The notes below the pieces were generated by a model. That model had not been told where the DNA came from and ran no database searches. It saw only the letters and a list, made by a program, of their open reading frames with translations. 64,000 bases of DNA from Bacilli bacterium (GTDB lineage: Bacteria; Bacillota_I; Bacilli_A; RFN20; UBA1709), in assembly GCA_045600465.1 (NCBI GenBank), contig JAZRXY010000028.1, positions 55,577 through 119,576 of the forward strand. Direction: 5' to 3'. Of this stretch, positions 34,709 to 45,518 are shown one piece after another. Within the stretch, counting starts at the first letter, position 1. Every line of letters starts with the position of its first letter. Position numbers and translations under genes: made by a program.

Positions 34709-34724
34709 AATATGATATCATATT
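34709..34724. promoter_or_regulatory. perfect 16-bp palindrome AATATGATATCATATT in the PFOR 5' leader
   Basis: Self-complementary; about 25 nt upstream of the start codon. Confidence 0.3.
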
Positions 34725-34748
34725 TTTAAGCCAAAGGAGTGGAACATT

Positions 34749-37700
34749 ATGAAAAAGAAAACATTTTTAACAATGGATGGGAACGAAGCATGTGCTTATG
34801 GCAGTTATGCTTTTAGTGAAGTGGCAGGAATTTATCCTATCACACCATCATCACCTATGGCAGAGCATATAGATGCTTGGGCTGCAAAAGGAAAGAAAAA
34901 TATTTTTGGCAGTGAAGTAAAAGTTAGCGAAATGCAATCAGAGGCAGGAGCATCTGGAACAGTCCATGGAGCACTTCAAGGTGGAGCGCTTGCTTCTACT
35001 TATACTGCATCGCAAGGATTATTATTAATGATTCCTAATATTTATAAATGGGTAGGAGAAGAGTTACCTGCTGTAATGCATGTTTCCGCAAGAAGTCTAG
35101 CTATGCATGCTTTGTCAATATTTGGTGATCATCAAGATATTTATGCAGTAAGACAAACAGGAATTACCATGATTTGTTCTAACTCAGTTCAAGAAGTAGC
35201 TGATTTAGCACCTTTAGCACACTTAGTTGCTATTGATGCAAGTGCACCAGTACTTCATTTCTTTGATGGATTTAGAACATCACATGAAATTCAAAAGGTT
35301 GAATTACAAGATTATCAAGACCTAGCTAAACTTTTAAATAAGAAAGCATTAGCTAAATTCAAAGCAAGAGCGCTTAATCCTCATTGCAATAGTGTTACAA
35401 GAGGTAGTAACCAAAACGATGATGTTTATTTCCAAGCTAGAGAAGCACAAAACCTTCATTATGGTAAAGTTGTTGATGTTGTTGAAAAATATATGAATGA
35501 TATTTCTAAGCTAACAGGGAGACATTACGCACCATTTGTTTATTATGGAGACAAAAAAGCTGAAAGAGTTATTGTGGCTATGGGTAGCGTTTGTGAAACC
35601 ATTGAAGAAACAATTGATGAATTAGCAAAGAAAGATCAAAAGTTAGGTTTAATAAAAGTACATCTATATCGTCCTTTTTCAAAAGAAAAGATTTTAGAAG
35701 TACTACCAAAGAGTGTTAAAAAGATTGCAGTACTAGATAGAACAAAAGAAATGGGTTCTAGTGGAGAACCTTTATATCTAGATGTTTATAATGCTATTAA
35801 AGAAGCAAGAAAGGATATCGTAATTGTTGGTGGAAGATATGGATTATCAAGTAAAGATGTTCAACCAAGTCAAATCAAAGCAGTTTACGATAACTTGAAA
35901 GTTAAGAAACCATTAAATAACTTCAGTGTTGGTATTGTTGATGACGTAACTAATCTATCTTTAAAAGAGGATAAGAAGTTCCATACAACAAACGATTATA
36001 CTTCTTGTTTATTCTATGGTTTAGGCAGTGACGGAACAGTTAGCGCTAATAAAAACTCAATTAAGATTATTGGTGACCATACTAATTTATATTCACAAGC
36101 TTACTTTGCTTACGATTCTAAAAAAGCAGGGGGAGCAACTAGATCCAATTTAAGATTTGGTAAAACACCTATTAGGTCAACATATTATGTAAAAAATGCT
36201 GATTTTATTTCATGTTCATTAGATTCATATCTATTTAAATATGACATGATTTCAAATTTAAAGGTTGGAGGTACATTCTTACTTAATACTTCATTTAATA
36301 AAGATGAGATTATTGAAAAACTACCTTATTTAGTTAAAAAGCAATTGGCAGAAAAGAAGGCAAAGTTCTTTATCATTGATGCCAATAAAATAGCTCATGA
36401 AATTGGAATGGGTAGAAAGACTAATACGATTCTTCAATCAGCTTTCTTTAAATTAAATCCAACTATTTTAAAATATGAAAAAGCGATTGAATATATGAAA
36501 GCAGCAGTTTTAAAATCCTATAGCAAGAAAGGGCAAGAAATTGTTGAACTTAACTATAAAGCAATTGAATTAGGAGGTAGTGCAATCCAAGAAATTAAAG
36601 TTGACAAATCTTGGGCTAAACTAGAAGTTATTAATAAACGCAAATCAGATGATGAATACTTTGTTTTCACCGAACAAATGTCTTCATTAAATGGTAATGA
36701 TATTCCAACAAGTGCTTTTGTAAATCTAGGAATTGAAGATGGCACAATGCATAATAATATTACTTATGAAGAAAAACGTAATATTGCTGATGAAGTTCCT
36801 AAGTGGAATAGCAAGAAATGTATCCAATGTGGCAAATGTGTGTTTGTCTGTCCTCATGCAACAATTAGAGCATTCTTATTAAATGAAGAAGAAGTCAAGA
36901 AAGCTCCAAAAGTAGTGAAAGAAGATTTAATTGATGCAATGGGTAATAACGTTAAGGGATTAAAATATAAAATTCAAGTCTCACCAGACAACTGTGTTGG
37001 TTGTGGACTATGTGCGCAAGAATGTCCAACAAAAGCACTAGACATGGTTTCTGTTAAAGGACAGATGGCAGAATCAAAAGGTGCAGATTACCTTTATAAG
37101 AAAGTTAAATACAAGAATAATTACTTCCCATTAAACACATTAAAAGGCGTTAGCTTACTTCGTCCATACTTTGAAGTAAGTGGCTCATGTGCAGGTTGTG
37201 GGGAAACCCCATACTATCGTTTACTATCACAACTATTTGGTAAGGACTTAATGATTGGTAACGCAACTGGTTGTTCATCAATTTATTGTGGGGCAATGCC
37301 TTCAACACCTTTTGCAACAGATGAAAATAATGAAGGACCAGCTTGGGATAACTCATTATTTGAAGATAATGCTGAATTTGCTTATGGTATGAGAGTAGCA
37401 ACAGATTACAAGTTAACAAACATAAAAAGAGTCATGTTAGAAAATATGGAAGAATGTGAAAAACCACTTCAAAATTTAATCAAGAAATATCTTGAAGATC
37501 AATCTAACAAAGCAGTCGCAAGAGAAGTTAAAAAAGACTTAATTAAACTTGTTAAAGAAAGTAAGTGCAAAGGAATTAAGGCACTATTAGATATGCAAGA
37601 TGACATCGTTGATAAATCAATTTGGGCAATTGGTGGCGATGGTTGGGCATACGATATAGGTTATGGTGGATTAGATCACGTAATTGCTAACGAAGATAAC

Positions 37701-38270
37701 ATCAACATTCTTGTCTTAGATACTGAAGTTTATTCAAATACTGGGGGTCAAGCAAGTAAATCTACTCAAACAGGTGCAATTGCTAAATTCGCCGCTAGTG
37801 GTAAAAAGACAGCTAAGAAAGATTTAGGAGCAATTGCGATGAGTTATCAGCATGTTTATGTGGCATCAATTGCAATGGGGGCAAATCCAGTGCAAACAAT
37901 CAAAGCTTTCCAAGAAGCTGAAAGCTATAATGGGCCATCAATTATTATTGCTTATTCACCATGCATTGAACATGGAATTAAGGGTGGACTGATGAATCAT
38001 CAAGCAGAGCAAAGAAAAGCAGTAGAATGTGGTTATTGGCCACTTTATAGATATGATCCTAGACTTGCACTAGAAGGAAAGAATCCATTGCAAATAGATT
38101 GCAAGGAACCTGATTTCAATAAGTTTAAAGAATTCGCTTTAAGTGAAAATAGATATAGTCAACTACCAATTGTTAATCCTGCTAATGCAGAAGAATTAAT
38201 TGCTAAGACAAGAAGATGTGCAGAAGCAAGATGGAAGAGACTAAAATTAATGAGTGAATACGATAAATAA
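34749..38270 (+). CDS. nifJ: pyruvate:ferredoxin (flavodoxin) oxidoreductase
   Basis: 1173 aa. Two 4Fe-4S motifs (CIQCGKCVFVCP, CVGCGLCAQECP) and the TPP motif GGDGWAYDIGYGGLDH. Confidence 0.95.
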   Translation: MKKKTFLTMDGNEACAYGSYAFSEVAGIYPITPSSPMAEHIDAWAAKGKKNIFGSEVKVSEMQSEAGASGTVHGALQGGALASTYTASQGLLLMIPNIYKWVGEELPAVMHVSARSLAMHALSIFGDHQDIYAVRQTGITMICSNSVQEVADLAPLAHLVAIDASAPVLHFFDGFRTSHEIQKVELQDYQDLAKLLNKKALAKFKARALNPHCNSVTRGSNQNDDVYFQAREAQNLHYGKVVDVVEKYMNDISKLTGRHYAPFVYYGDKKAERVIVAMGSVCETIEETIDELAKKDQKLGLIKVHLYRPFSKEKILEVLPKSVKKIAVLDRTKEMGSSGEPLYLDVYNAIKEARKDIVIVGGRYGLSSKDVQPSQIKAVYDNLKVKKPLNNFSVGIVDDVTNLSLKEDKKFHTTNDYTSCLFYGLGSDGTVSANKNSIKIIGDHTNLYSQAYFAYDSKKAGGATRSNLRFGKTPIRSTYYVKNADFISCSLDSYLFKYDMISNLKVGGTFLLNTSFNKDEIIEKLPYLVKKQLAEKKAKFFIIDANKIAHEIGMGRKTNTILQSAFFKLNPTILKYEKAIEYMKAAVLKSYSKKGQEIVELNYKAIELGGSAIQEIKVDKSWAKLEVINKRKSDDEYFVFTEQMSSLNGNDIPTSAFVNLGIEDGTMHNNITYEEKRNIADEVPKWNSKKCIQCGKCVFVCPHATIRAFLLNEEEVKKAPKVVKEDLIDAMGNNVKGLKYKIQVSPDNCVGCGLCAQECPTKALDMVSVKGQMAESKGADYLYKKVKYKNNYFPLNTLKGVSLLRPYFEVSGSCAGCGETPYYRLLSQLFGKDLMIGNATGCSSIYCGAMPSTPFATDENNEGPAWDNSLFEDNAEFAYGMRVATDYKLTNIKRVMLENMEECEKPLQNLIKKYLEDQSNKAVAREVKKDLIKLVKESKCKGIKALLDMQDDIVDKSIWAIGGDGWAYDIGYGGLDHVIANEDNINILVLDTEVYSNTGGQASKSTQTGAIAKFAASGKKTAKKDLGAIAMSYQHVYVASIAMGANPVQTIKAFQEAESYNGPSIIIAYSPCIEHGIKGGLMNHQAEQRKAVECGYWPLYRYDPRLALEGKNPLQIDCKEPDFNKFKEFALSENRYSQLPIVNPANAEELIAKTRRCAEARWKRLKLMSEYDK

Positions 38271-38274
38271 TATT

Positions 38275-38298
38275 AGAGGAGTTTAACTCCTCTTTTAT
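38275..38298 (+). terminator. intrinsic terminator
   Basis: AGAGGAG-tttaa-CTCCTCT followed by TTT. Confidence 0.8.
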
Positions 38299-38370
38299 TT
38301 TCTTTGCTATTGCATAGATGATTTATTTCATAGTACAATAAAAGATACAACATATAGGAGATGACTCATT

Positions 38371-41190
38371 ATGGCTATGAACAAGATTGTGATTAAAGGG
38401 GCAAGAGAAAACAACTTAAAAGATATTAATATCGAGTTACCACATAACAAGTTAATTGTTATGACAGGACTTTCAGGTAGCGGTAAAACCACGCTTGCTT
38501 TTGATACTATTTATGCCGAAGGTCAAAGAAGATATGTTGAGTCATTAAGTGCATATGCAAGACAATTTTTAGGTGGAGTAGATAAACCTGATGTTGATTC
38601 AATTGAAGGATTAGCTCCTGCTATTGCAATTGATCAAAAGTCAACTTCCAACAACCCTAGATCAACTGTAGGTACTGTTACTGAGATTTACGATTATTTA
38701 AGACTTTTATTTGCTAGAATTGGCACACCTTATTGTCCAACACATAATATCCCTATTCAAGCTCAAACTCTTCATCAAATGATGGATAGATTAAATGAGT
38801 TTGAAGATGGTAGTAAGATTACTATTTTAGCCCCTATTTGTCGCCAACAAAAAGGAACACACAAAGAAATATTGGACCGTCTTATTAAAGAAGGCTACAT
38901 TAGAGTAAGGCATAATAAAGAATATAAACTTATCGAAGAAATGGAAGCATTAGATAAAAATAAAAAACACGATTTAGATATTGTGATTGATAGACTAATG
39001 CTCAATAAAAAAGATCATACTAGATTAAGTGATTCATTAGAAGCAGCGCTTTCTTGGGGAAAAGGGCTTGCTCTAGCGCTAGTTAATGACGAGGAAATTC
39101 TTTTCTCATCAAATTATGCTTGTCCTCATTGTGGTTTTACAATCGCAAAACTAGAACCTAGATTGTTTTCTTTCAACTCACCATTAGGAGCATGCCCTGA
39201 TTGTGCAGGGCTTGGAGTTAAAAATGAGGTTGATTTAGATATTTTAATTAGAGATGAAAACCTTTCAATTAGAGATGGTGCGATTAGTTATTATAAGAAT
39301 TTAGTCGATAGTGAAAACATCGATTGGCAAGATTTTGAAGCTGTTTGCAAAGAATACAAAATTGATTTAGATAAGCCTTATAAGAATTTAAGTGATTATC
39401 AAAAAAATATAATTCTTTGTGGTAGCGATAGAGAACTAGAATACACTATTGAAACTCGTAGTGGAAACAAGATGCATCGAAAAGGATATAGCGAAGGTAT
39501 AAAAAATAAAATAGAAAGATTATATTCAGAAACTACTTCTGAATTAATGCGCTCATGGTATGGTTCCTACATGATGGAAAAAACTTGTCCAACTTGTAAT
39601 GGTAAAAGACTTAATGAGCAAGCTCTTGCAGTTAGAATCAATGATAAAAACATCTATGATGTTGTATCAATGTCGATTAAAGAGTCGTTAGAGTTCTTTA
39701 ATAATTTAAAGCTAAGTAAGATGCAAGAAGATATTGCTAGACTTCTAGTCAAAGAAATTAAAGATAGACTTACATTCTTAGTAAATGTTGGGCTTGATTA
39801 TTTAACCCTTGCTAGAAGTGCAGGAAGTTTATCTGGGGGAGAAGCACAAAGGATTAGACTTGCAACTCAAATAGGTTCACATCTAGTAGGAGTATTATAC
39901 GTCTTAGATGAACCTTCAATTGGTTTGCATCAAAGAGACAATCATAAACTTATTGAAACGCTTAAATCAATGAGAGATTTAGGAAATACACTAATTGTTG
40001 TTGAGCACGATGAAGAGACCATGTGGAATGCTGATTATATTGTTGATATTGGACCAGGAAGTGGCGTTCATGGTGGCGAGATTGTTGCTTTTGGAACACC
40101 TAGTGAAGTTGCTAAAAATCTTAACTCAATAACGGGAAGATATTTGGCGGGAATTGAAAAGATTGAGACGAATAAGAATCGTAGAAAAGTAACAAAGAAA
40201 TGCTTAGAAATAAAAGGCGCAAGAGGTAATAACTTGAAAGGCATTGATGTTAAAATACCTCTAGGAGTAATGACACTAGTTACAGGAGTTTCTGGAAGTG
40301 GGAAATCAACTCTAGTTAACGAGATATTATCTAAAGGATTACAAAACTATTTAGGGAATAGAAAAGTAAAACCATTAGATCATGATGAAATAAAAGGTAA
40401 AGATAAAATTGAAAAAGTTATCAATGTTAGCCAAGATCCAATAGGGAGAACTCCTAGAAGTAATCCAGCGACTTATACTGGTGTATTTGATTTAATAAGA
40501 GATTTATTTGCACTAACTAAAGAAGCAAGACTTAGAGGATATGATAAATCTAGATTCTCCTTTAATGTTAAGGGTGGAAGATGTGAACGTTGTCAAGGCG
40601 ATGGTGTGATAAGAGTACCAATGCATTTCTTACCAGACGTTTACGTTCCTTGTGAAGAATGTCATGGGAAACGTTATAATGAAGAAACACTTCAAGTTAC
40701 CTATAAAGGGAAAAACATTTATGAAGTGTTAGAAATGACAGTGGAAGAGGCTTTAAGTTTCTTTGAAAATGTCCCAAATATTAAACATAGAATCCAAACA
40801 CTATATGATGTGGGATTAGGTTATATTAAACTTGGACAAAGTGCAACAACACTATCTGGAGGAGAAGCTCAAAGATTAAAATTAGCTTATGAACTACAAA
40901 GAAAATCTAATGGTAAAACACTTTATATCCTTGATGAACCAACCACCGGATTACATAGTGCAGATATTAAGAAGTTATTAACAGTTTTAAATAGAATTGT
41001 TGACAATGGTGACACAATGATTATTATTGAACACAATTTAGATGTTATCAAAAATGCTGATTACATTATTGATATGGGCCCAGAAGGTGGAGATAAAGGA
41101 GGAAATGTTGTGGCAACGGGAACTCCAGAAGAAGTAGCAAAAATAGAAGGATCATATACAGGTCAATATTTAGCTAAGATATTAAAATAG
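38371..41190 (+). CDS. uvrA: excinuclease ABC subunit A
   Basis: 939 aa. [34 protein letters not shown], zinc-finger cysteines and two ABC modules. Confidence 0.95.
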   Translation: MAMNKIVIKGARENNLKDINIELPHNKLIVMTGLSGSGKTTLAFDTIYAEGQRRYVESLSAYARQFLGGVDKPDVDSIEGLAPAIAIDQKSTSNNPRSTVGTVTEIYDYLRLLFARIGTPYCPTHNIPIQAQTLHQMMDRLNEFEDGSKITILAPICRQQKGTHKEILDRLIKEGYIRVRHNKEYKLIEEMEALDKNKKHDLDIVIDRLMLNKKDHTRLSDSLEAALSWGKGLALALVNDEEILFSSNYACPHCGFTIAKLEPRLFSFNSPLGACPDCAGLGVKNEVDLDILIRDENLSIRDGAISYYKNLVDSENIDWQDFEAVCKEYKIDLDKPYKNLSDYQKNIILCGSDRELEYTIETRSGNKMHRKGYSEGIKNKIERLYSETTSELMRSWYGSYMMEKTCPTCNGKRLNEQALAVRINDKNIYDVVSMSIKESLEFFNNLKLSKMQEDIARLLVKEIKDRLTFLVNVGLDYLTLARSAGSLSGGEAQRIRLATQIGSHLVGVLYVLDEPSIGLHQRDNHKLIETLKSMRDLGNTLIVVEHDEETMWNADYIVDIGPGSGVHGGEIVAFGTPSEVAKNLNSITGRYLAGIEKIETNKNRRKVTKKCLEIKGARGNNLKGIDVKIPLGVMTLVTGVSGSGKSTLVNEILSKGLQNYLGNRKVKPLDHDEIKGKDKIEKVINVSQDPIGRTPRSNPATYTGVFDLIRDLFALTKEARLRGYDKSRFSFNVKGGRCERCQGDGVIRVPMHFLPDVYVPCEECHGKRYNEETLQVTYKGKNIYEVLEMTVEEALSFFENVPNIKHRIQTLYDVGLGYIKLGQSATTLSGGEAQRLKLAYELQRKSNGKTLYILDEPTTGLHSADIKKLLTVLNRIVDNGDTMIIIEHNLDVIKNADYIIDMGPEGGDKGGNVVATGTPEEVAKIEGSYTGQYLAKILK

Positions 41191-41244
41191 TGGTAAATAT
41201 TGTAAATTTGATTTATCATTTATGTATAAATGGGAGGTAGTAAA

Positions 41245-42177
41245 ATGAGGCACGAAACATTAACAGTTCAAAACTTACTTGATCATTTTGATTTTGAAGT
41301 TTTATATAAAGGCAATACGAATCTAGAGATAGTTGTAAGTGAAATCGATAGACCAGGCCTAGAACTTGCTGGATATTTTGACTACACCCACTCAAATCAA
41401 ATTCTTTTACTAGGATTAAAAGAGATGCATTATCTTGAAACACTTGATGAAAAAGTGCAAAAAGAAAGATTGGATAACTTAGTTCAAGATTCGACACCTT
41501 GTGTTTTAATAGCAAGAAATCTTGATTGTCCAAAATACTTAATAGAAGCTTGTAAAAAATCAAATATAAGTTTATTTAGAAGTAAGGATCAAAGTTTATA
41601 CTTAATGGATAAATTATGGGCTTATATTAGTGAACGAATTGCTCCTCAAGAGTTGTATCATGGGACACTTATGGAAATATTTGGAATGGGTGTGTTAATC
41701 ACAGGTAAAAGTGGAATTGGTAAGAGCGAAACTGCTCTTGAATTAATCAAAAAAGGACATCGTTTAATTGCGGATGATTCTGTTATTGTTTATGAAGTAT
41801 ATGATCATATTTATGGAAAATCACCAGAACATTTAAAGAATCTTCTTGAAGTTAGAGGGATTGGTGTTATTGATATTTCAAAAGTATTTGGAATTACTTC
41901 AGTCGAAAACTCAAGAAGAATAGATTACATAGTAGAACTTGTTTCAATGGATGAAGTTTTAAAATCAATTTCTCGTCTTCCTGAAGAAAGATATACAAAG
42001 AAGATTTTTGATAAAGAAATTGAAACTGTTTCTATTCCTGTTGCACCAGGAAGAGCAGTTGCAGAACTAGTTGAAATTGCAATTACAAATCTAAGACTTA
42101 AGAGTGAAGGATTTGATGCAACTAAAAACTTGATTGATTCATATGATGAGATGACAAAGAAAGGCGGTAAAAAGTGA
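41245..42177 (+). CDS. hprK: HPr kinase/phosphorylase
   Basis: Walker A GKSGIGKSE and LEVRGIGVIDI. The ATG at 41245 follows a GGGAGG SD. Confidence 0.9.
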   Translation: MRHETLTVQNLLDHFDFEVLYKGNTNLEIVVSEIDRPGLELAGYFDYTHSNQILLLGLKEMHYLETLDEKVQKERLDNLVQDSTPCVLIARNLDCPKYLIEACKKSNISLFRSKDQSLYLMDKLWAYISERIAPQELYHGTLMEIFGMGVLITGKSGIGKSETALELIKKGHRLIADDSVIVYEVYDHIYGKSPEHLKNLLEVRGIGVIDISKVFGITSVENSRRIDYIVELVSMDEVLKSISRLPEERYTKKIFDKEIETVSIPVAPGRAVAELVEIAITNLRLKSEGFDATKNLIDSYDEMTKKGGKK

Positions 42178-43064
42178 TGATTACAATGCTATTAGATAAA
42201 CTAAATCCTGTCATTTTAAGATTGGGGAATGTAAAGATTACTTGGTATGCTATCCTTGTTATTGGTGGAGCAATATTAGCATATGTATTTACTCAATATT
42301 TAGCAAAGAAAAAAGGCTTTGATAAAGATATGATAGAGGGTCTATTCTATCTAGTGTTTCCAATCGGAATTGTCGGAGCTAGAATTTGGTTTGTCTTATC
42401 AAATCTAAGTGGCTTTAGTGGTGAAAATTGGTATCACATGTTCTTTGTTTGGGAAGGTGGCCTTGCCATTCAAGGTGGTGTAGTAGCAGGAGTTATTACA
42501 GCATTCATTTACCTACTTAAAAAATATCCTAAAGTTAATGCTCTTGATGTGGTAGATTTAGTTTTACCTAACGTCTTACTTGCTCAATGTATTGGAAGAT
42601 GGGGAAATTTCTTTAATCAAGAAGTATATGGGGCATGTGTTGATCCGTCAACATTGTCATTTTTACCAAAGTTTATTTTGAATCAAATGATGGGTGGTGG
42701 AGGAATCTATTGTCCAACAAGCCAAGCAGCTCAACCACTATTTTTGTATGAAGGATTACTTACTTTATTAGGATGGGTTATCATTTCTATTATTTTAAGA
42801 AAATTCTGGAATAAAAGACCAAGTGGAATTTTAACTTCTTTATATCTAGTTTATTATGGTACAGTTAGAGCAATCTTGGAGCCTTTAAGAAATGAAGCAT
42901 TTATTATGCAAATCAATGGTGTTTCTACATCTGTAGTTACTTCAATTGTTTATGTAATATTAGGAGTCATAATGTTTGTATTATGTTTTGTCTTTAAAGA
43001 TAAAATTAAAAACTTCTATGCTAAAAAAGAGTTAGAAAATAAACCTAAAAAAACTAAAAAATAA
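42174..43064 (+). CDS. lgt: prolipoprotein diacylglyceryl transferase
   Basis: GRWGNFFNQE signature; overlaps the hprK stop. Confidence 0.9.
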   Translation: MMITMLLDKLNPVILRLGNVKITWYAILVIGGAILAYVFTQYLAKKKGFDKDMIEGLFYLVFPIGIVGARIWFVLSNLSGFSGENWYHMFFVWEGGLAIQGGVVAGVITAFIYLLKKYPKVNALDVVDLVLPNVLLAQCIGRWGNFFNQEVYGACVDPSTLSFLPKFILNQMMGGGGIYCPTSQAAQPLFLYEGLLTLLGWVIISIILRKFWNKRPSGILTSLYLVYYGTVRAILEPLRNEAFIMQINGVSTSVVTSIVYVILGVIMFVLCFVFKDKIKNFYAKKELENKPKKTKK

Positions 43065-43070
43065 AGTATT

Positions 43071-43095
43071 ACCCAGCTAAGCTGGGTTTTATTTT
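43071..43095 (+). terminator. intrinsic terminator
   Basis: ACCCAGC-taa-GCTGGGT followed by TTTTATTTT. Confidence 0.8.
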
Positions 43096-43110
43096 AAAAT
43101 GGCTTTTTTT

Positions 43111-43132
43111 CACACTTTAAGTGTGCTATAAT
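43111..43132. promoter_or_regulatory. 7-1-7 palindrome CACACTTtAAGTGTG abutting the extended -10 (TGcTATAAT) of the whiA promoter
   Basis: Palindrome at 43111-43125; -10 at 43127-43132. Confidence 0.4.
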
Positions 43133-43160
43133 AAAAGTATAATCCCTGGAGGAAAGCATA

Positions 43161-44156
43161 ATGGGAAATAATGCATTACCTATTGAAGAGGTTTCTTTTA
43201 CTAAGGAAGTAAAAAATGAAATAGCATTAACACCTGAGCGAAATGTTTCAGAGTCTTTAGCGTTGCTTTCTTCTTTTATTAAAATTAATGGCAATTTGAT
43301 TTTAAGAAACAATGAATGGATTATTGATATTCATAGTGAAAACCAAAAGATTGCTAAATTAATTTTTAGTTTAGTTAGAAAATTATTTAACGCAGATTGT
43401 AAGGTTAAAGTAAGTGAAAAAAAACACTTTAAAAAAGCTGGCAATAATGTAGTTGTAAATATTGAGATATCAAAAGGAGTTAAAGACATCTTATCAACAT
43501 TAAAAATTTATAATGATAAAGAGGGATTCAATGCAATTCCTAAACAAGACTTTTTTGGTAACAATGAAATAAGAAGAGCGTATCTTGCAGGTGCATTTTT
43601 AGCTTCTGGGAGTGTTAACTCACCTAGGACTTCTAACTATCATTTAGAGGTAGCAGTTAACAGTGAACAGCATGCTGAATTTATCATTAACCAATTAGAT
43701 AGATTCTACATTGAAGCCAAATATATCATTAGAAGAAACCAGGTAGTTGTTTACATTAAAAAAAGTGAATATATTGCAGATTTTTTAAGAGTTATTGGAG
43801 CGTATAATTCACTTTTGAAATTTGAAAATGTTCGAATTGAAAGAGATTCAATCAATTCAACAAATAGAGTTAATAATTGTGACCTTGCTAATCTTGCTAA
43901 AGCTGTAAATAATGGTTTAGAACAACAAAAGAAAATTAAGATTATTGCAGATAAATTTGGGATTGAAAATCTAGATCAAAAATATATTGCATTAGCAAAA
44001 GTTAGACTTGAACATTCGGAATATTCCTTAAATGATATTGTTGATGAATTAAGAGATGAATATCATATTCCAATCACTAAGTCAGGTGTTTATCATAGAC
44101 TTAAAAAGTTAATGGAAATTTCTGATACTTTGGTAGGTGGTAACAATGACGAATAA
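43161..44156 (+). CDS. whiA: DNA-binding protein WhiA
   Basis: 331 aa. FTKEVKNEI start, LAGAFLASGSVNSP (LAGLIDADG-derived) and a C-terminal HTH. Confidence 0.9.
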   Translation: MGNNALPIEEVSFTKEVKNEIALTPERNVSESLALLSSFIKINGNLILRNNEWIIDIHSENQKIAKLIFSLVRKLFNADCKVKVSEKKHFKKAGNNVVVNIEISKGVKDILSTLKIYNDKEGFNAIPKQDFFGNNEIRRAYLAGAFLASGSVNSPRTSNYHLEVAVNSEQHAEFIINQLDRFYIEAKYIIRRNQVVVYIKKSEYIADFLRVIGAYNSLLKFENVRIERDSINSTNRVNNCDLANLAKAVNNGLEQQKKIKIIADKFGIENLDQKYIALAKVRLEHSEYSLNDIVDELRDEYHIPITKSGVYHRLKKLMEISDTLVGGNNDE

Positions 44157-44358
44157 GGTAGAAGTAATATTTGGGCAAAGAGTGAGAAGTCTAAGGAAAA
44201 TTCTTAAGATTTCCCAAGAAGAATTAGCTTTTAGAGCAGGTTTACATAAAAACTACATCAGCGATGTAGAAAGAGGTCGCAGAAATATTTCGATTAAAGC
44301 AATTGAATCAATTGCAAAAGGACTTAATGTTGAAATTGAAGATTTGTTTATAAAATAG
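44146..44358 (+). CDS. XRE-family helix-turn-helix transcriptional regulator (70 aa)
   Basis: FGQRVRSLRKILKISQEELAFRAGLHKNYISDVERGRRNISI. It overlaps the whiA stop by 11 nt. Confidence 0.8.
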   Translation: MTNKVEVIFGQRVRSLRKILKISQEELAFRAGLHKNYISDVERGRRNISIKAIESIAKGLNVEIEDLFIK

Positions 44359-44363
44359 ATAGG

Positions 44364-44384
44364 TAAGATAAATTATTTATCTTA
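44364..44384. promoter_or_regulatory. perfect 10-1-10 palindrome TAAGATAAATtATTTATCTTA, 4 nt upstream of the gap -35 hexamer
   Basis: Self-complementary. It lies between the XRE gene and the gap promoter. Confidence 0.45.
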
Positions 44385-44388
44385 ACAA

Positions 44389-44417
44389 TTGAAAAGGACA
44401 TCTATTTAATATATAAT
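44389..44417 (+). promoter_or_regulatory. glycolytic operon promoter (TTGAAA-17 nt-TATAAT)
   Basis: -35 at 44389-44394, -10 at 44412-44417. Confidence 0.6.
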
Positions 44418-44454
44418 TGTCAATGTACTTGATTTTCGACGCGGAGGTATAATA

Positions 44455-45486
44455 ATGAAGATTAAAGTAGGTATTAACGGGTTTGGACGTATTGGTCGTC
44501 TAGCCTTCAGGAGAATGGCAGAGGATAAAGATTTCGAGGTTGTAGCCATTAACAATGGATCTTCTCCAAAAAATCTTTCATACCTTTTGAAGTATGACTC
44601 AGCTCAAGGACCATTCAAGGGACATGAGATTTCATGTGATGAGTCAAATTTAATTTTTGATGGTAGAAAGATTCCTTGTTTTACAGAATATGATCCTTCA
44701 AAAATTAATTGGAAAAAGTTTGGTGCAGATATAATACTTGAATGCACAGGAAAATTTAAAAATGTTGATGAAGCTATGCCACACATTGTTAATGGAGGGG
44801 CAAAAGCTGTAGTTATTTCAGCACCTGGAGAAAAGAGTACTCCAACAATTGTTTATGGTGTAAACCATGATAAATTAACTAAAGACATGAAAATTATTTC
44901 TGGAGCTTCATGTACTACAAATTGTCTTGCTCCAATCATGAAAGTTGTTGAAGATAAGTTTGGAGTGGTTGTTGGATACATGACAACAGTCCACGCTTAT
45001 ACAAATGACCAAGCAACACTGGATATTGATAAAGAAAAAGACTTTAGAAGAGGAAGAGCAAGTGCTGATAACATTGTTCCTACTTCAACAGGAGCTGCTA
45101 AAGCATTACATCTAGTATTACCTAGTCTAGAAGGGAAACTATCTGGGGGAGCACTTAGAGTTCCAGTAATTGATGGTAGCTTAGTTGATTTAACTCTTGA
45201 ATTAAAGAAAGAAGTTAGTGTTGAAGAAATTAATAAAGCAATGAAAGAAGCTAGTGAAACATACTTAAAAGATGTTTTAGGTTACACTGAAGATTTAGTT
45301 GTTTCTAGCGATATCATTGGTATTACATATGGTAGTTTATTTGATGCAACTCAGACATCAATTTTAAAAACTAAGGAAGGTAAACAACTAGTTAAGATTG
45401 TTGGTTGGTATGATAATGAATATTCATACACATGCCAATACATTAGAACAACAAAGCAATTTGCAAAAGTATTAGGACTATTATAA
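44455..45486 (+). CDS. gap: type I glyceraldehyde-3-phosphate dehydrogenase
   Basis: INGFGRIGR and the catalytic SCTTNCLAP. Confidence 0.95.
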   Translation: MKIKVGINGFGRIGRLAFRRMAEDKDFEVVAINNGSSPKNLSYLLKYDSAQGPFKGHEISCDESNLIFDGRKIPCFTEYDPSKINWKKFGADIILECTGKFKNVDEAMPHIVNGGAKAVVISAPGEKSTPTIVYGVNHDKLTKDMKIISGASCTTNCLAPIMKVVEDKFGVVVGYMTTVHAYTNDQATLDIDKEKDFRRGRASADNIVPTSTGAAKALHLVLPSLEGKLSGGALRVPVIDGSLVDLTLELKKEVSVEEINKAMKEASETYLKDVLGYTEDLVVSSDIIGITYGSLFDATQTSILKTKEGKQLVKIVGWYDNEYSYTCQYIRTTKQFAKVLGLL

Positions 45487-45518
45487 AAAAATATTAGGCA
45501 AGTATAGGAGAGATTAAA

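Noticed and set aside
41216-41563. A 115-aa minus-strand ORF opposite hprK. The same applies to the other antisense track ORFs inside well-supported genes: 1418-1639, 2826-3008, 5827-6021, 6203-6397, 6626-6856, 9997-10230, 29105-29395, 30710-31432, 45962-46549, 52037-52444, 54308-54652, 54902-55627 and 56201-56597.
   Set aside because: Each is fully embedded antisense or out of frame in a gene with clear family motifs. None has an SD or recognisable motifs. These are typical shadow ORFs.
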